DNA from: Callorhinchus milii
Taxonomy: Eukaryota
Direction of reading: 5' to 3'
Assembly (NCBI RefSeq): GCF_018977255.1
Contig: NW_024705489.1
Coordinates: 1 to 40,046, forward strand
Length of the DNA: 40,046 nt
The translations under genes and the position numbers were made by a program. Under the pieces are notes generated by a model. That model was not told the origin of the DNA. It saw only the letters and a program-made list of their open reading frames with translations, and searched no databases. Of this stretch, positions 36,871 to 40,046 are shown one piece after another. The first letter of the stretch is position 1, and every line of letters begins with the position of its first letter.

Positions 36871-37410
36871 CATTCACTCACATACACACATGGACCTACA
36901 GACACGCAAAGAAATGGACTTACACTGACTGACATGGAGCCATGCACACAAAGCGACTAACACAGACAGCCATGGACTGACACACACAGACATATCGACT
37001 CACACAAACACATGGACTTACACACACATACATAGACTGACACACACATTGCCCTACACACACATAGACATATGGACTGTGACACACAGACATCTACTTT
37101 AGAAACACACACATGGATTAACACACACACACACATCGACTGACACACACGCATTGACTTACACACATCGAGTGAAACACACGTATGGACTAACACACAC
37201 ATGTGGTCTAACACACACACAGCGACAGATACACACACAAATGGACTGACACACACACACAAACACTTGTACGTACACACACACACGGGGCGTTGTCCTT
37301 TAGAAAAAGACAGACACACACATGGACTTACAGACATGGACCCACACACATAGAAACGCATCGACTTACACGCACACAAACACATGGACTCACACACACA
37401 GACATTGACT
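36871..37410. repeat. CA-rich degenerate minisatellite (CACACATGGACT-type); also at 35975-36050
   Basis: Recurrent CATGGACT/CATCGACT followed by (CA)n. Confidence 0.85.
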
Positions 37411-37424
37411 TTAAGCAGACGCAT

Positions 37425-37585
37425 GTAGTTTGTGCACACGAACATTATAATAGTAAGAGTATTAGGCAACTTATTAGTTTCATAATAGTAAAGAATGAAG
37501 CAGAGTTGTTATGTGCACACAAACATTATCATTGTAATATTTGTAAACGTATTTGTTTAATAATAGTAAACAATAAACCTGAGTT
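37425..37585. repeat. Degenerate 81-bp tandem duplication
   Basis: TGTGCACAC-AACATTAT...ATAATAGTAAA...GAGTT at 37431 and 37512. Confidence 0.65.
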
Positions 37586-37895
37586 CTTAGCGAAAGATTG
37601 AATAAAATTGTACTTTACATTGGCGTGGTGACGCCTCATCCCGTGCAGAGCCCGCGGCCTCGCCTAGATTGGCAAGCCGGAGGAGGTGAGACATTGGCAG
37701 GCTGCGAGCTGGCCCGTTACCTCCCCCCACCATCCCCCCGCCCTCGCCAGAATAATACTATGTAACCGCTTAAATAATATGAAATTAATATCTAAGGACT
37801 TTATATGAGTAACTGCACGCATTGGGGTGGGGGGGGGGAAGAGGACATCACACTGTGAAGATAAATCGGCAGCATAGTCGTGGCTGTGACGGTTC

Positions 37896-37936
37896 CACCT
37901 GAAGACGGAAGCTTGTGTTGCCTCCGAAACGTCGTG
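37896..37936 (+). ncRNA. Minimal type I hammerhead-like motif (Penelope-type)
   Basis: CAC CUGAAGA C GGAAGC UUGUGUU GCCUCC GAAA C GUC GUG: core boxes, stem II with one mismatch, palindromic ACGU stem III, 3-bp stem I. Confidence 0.65.
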
Positions 37937-38461
37937 ATTTTTATTTTATTTTACTTTTATTAATTTTAATGTTTTACCTACGTGACTTTACCGAAAAAAC
38001 CTAAGAATATAAAAAGGACGTCATGATGAACAAGGGATGATAACCTTTAAATGAAATAGGTCCGTGTCACCGCGGCCTCACAGATTGCACACGAATGGAT
38101 GCAATGAATATCACGTCGTGGTCTGCTTTTTCGCTTGCAAGTTTCAGATTTACTGCAATACACCCGTCCTTGGACAGGCAAAAGGCTCGTCTAACAGAGT
38201 GGTTCCCTGTCAGTAACATCTGGCAGTTCACCAGTGTTGGTTCAAGCGAGCCTGACTGCTGATGAGACACTGAGAGACGAAGCCTGTTTCAGGGTACTGT
38301 TTGTGATGAGTTAATGTTGATGATGAGATGCACTCTGAGACGGTTGTGCGGCTGAGAAGCACCACTCGCTTTGTGTGCGTGGAGAAGTGGCGATGTGGAG
38401 GCTGTACAGCTCGGTTGTCTTGTCCCTTGCGTTGCAGCAGCAGCTGTAGTTTTGTGTTCGT

Positions 38462-38474
38462 CCACTAGAGGGCA
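38462..38474 (+). promoter_or_regulatory. CTCF-like motif
   Basis: CCACTAGAGGGCA matches the CTCF core consensus; motif match only. Confidence 0.4.
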
Positions 38475-39021
38475 TCACGTGCCTTGTGGAGAACCTGCAG
38501 TGCCCTTACATCCTATAGCCCTGACCCTATAGCCCTGTCCCTAACCTAATACTTTTGTTGTCCTTCCCCAGCACTTCGGATTAGCACGGTTGTCTATGTA
38601 CGGTGCGAAAGAATTTCAGCATACATCATCTCAGGCCGCCTTCAATAGCTGCCCCCAAACATGAGTTATCATTTGTGGTCAAGTGGCTTCTGAAATATAA
38701 GCTAATACCTCATTGGATTTTACCTGATAAGATAAAAAAAATTGCTTAGTTACTTTTTTACTGATTTGTTTACTTTTCCTATACCTTGCACTCCGATCGT
38801 ATTTTTTGTATTGTTTGTTGCTGTAACGTTCAAACCCACGCCTACTAGACATCTCTGAAAAAAGCTTTATAGCTCATCGGATTCCTCCAGTATGATTACA
38901 TATTCAGATTTTTATTCTCATATACATATCTGGGGCAGCTCGTGTTGGTTGTGAACCCCGATGAAGGCCAGCAAGGCGCTCGAAAGGGCCGGAGTGGTCA
39001 GTACCGTGTCTGGTCCTCAGA

Positions 39022-40046
39022 CCCACCCACCCAATCACTCAATCATTCAAATACGCAATTACCCACGTACATATTCACCCACTCACTCAATTGCCCACTC
39101 AACCACCCAATCAACGACTCACCCACCCACTCACTCACCCACTCAAGTACTCACTCAGTCACCTACTCACCCACTAATTCAATAATTCACCGACTCACCC
39201 ACCCACTCACCCATCCACTCACCCACCTACTAACTTACCCACCCACCTACTAACTCACCCACCCGCTCACCCACCCACCCGCTCACTCGCCAACCCACCC
39301 GCTCACTCGCCCACCCACCCGCTCACTCGCCCGCCCACCCGCTCACTCGCCCGCCCACCCGCTCACTCACCCGCCCACCCCCACCCACCCGCCCGCCCAC
39401 CCACCCACCCGCTCACTCACCCACCCACCCACCCACACACACGCTCACTCACCCACCCACCCACACACACACGCTCACTCACCCACCCACCCACCCGCTC
39501 ACTCACCCACCCACCACCCACCCGCTCACTCACCCACCCACCCGCTCACTCACCCACCCACCCACCCGCTCACTCACCAACCCACCCACCCGCTCACTCA
39601 CCCACCCACTCGCCCACTTACTAACTCACCCATCCGCTCACCCACCCACCCACGCACCTACTCACCCACCCACCCAATCACCTCCCCACCCACCCAATCA
39701 CCTCCCCACCCACCCAATCACCTCCCCACCCACGCACCTACTCACCCACCCAATCACCTCCCCACCCACCCAATCACCTCCCCACCCACCCACGCACCTA
39801 CTCACCCACCCACACACCCACCCGCTCACTCACCCACCCACCCGCTCACTCACCCACCCACCCACCCGCTCACTCACCCACCCACCCACCCGCTCACTCA
39901 CCCACCCACCCACCCGCTCACTCACCCACCCACCCACCCGCTCACTCACCCACCCACCCACCCGCTCACTCACCCACCCACCCACCCGCTCACTCACCCA
40001 CCCACCCACCACCCACCCACCACCCTACTCACCCACCGCTCACCAC
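39022..40046. repeat. (CCCA/CTCA)-rich satellite with 20-24-bp CACCCACCCACCCACCCGCTCACT units
   Basis: Extreme C/A skew; increasingly regular towards the window end. Confidence 0.95.

Noticed and set aside
38955..38990. CCGATGAAGGCC...CGAAAG second hammerhead-like motif
   Set aside because: Core is mutated, stem II does not close and there is no proper cleavage triplet; at best a dead remnant.
39830..40012. (VGGWVSER)n ORF, and the CV-rich ORF at 36957-37469
   Set aside because: Translations of satellite DNA.

Overview
Edge of a vertebrate-type 45S rDNA array, transcribed on the minus strand. Positions 1-27852 hold, in order: the 5' part of one 18S gene; one complete 14,245-bp repeat whose 28S is interrupted at the canonical R2 site by an apparently intact A-clade R2 retrotransposon (4.3 kb, 1244-aa ORF, HDV-like 5' ribozyme whose P1 strand comes from 28S, 3' UTR with repeated covarying pseudoknots); and a terminal unit. 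The terminal unit carries a diverged, frameshifted R2, five colinear deletions with 1-4-nt junction microhomology and a diverged 5' ETS. It is fused, where the IGS repeats should start, to an AT-rich fragment of a second R2-like lineage. After a 30-N gap, about 6.2 kb looks random and cannot be annotated. The rest is repeat-rich flank: L2 and RTE LINE fragments, a Helitron-like end, a minimal hammerhead, a CTCF-like motif and a (CCCA)-rich satellite. Nearly all short ORFs in the track are artefacts of rRNA or repeats. The species cannot be fixed from sequence alone.
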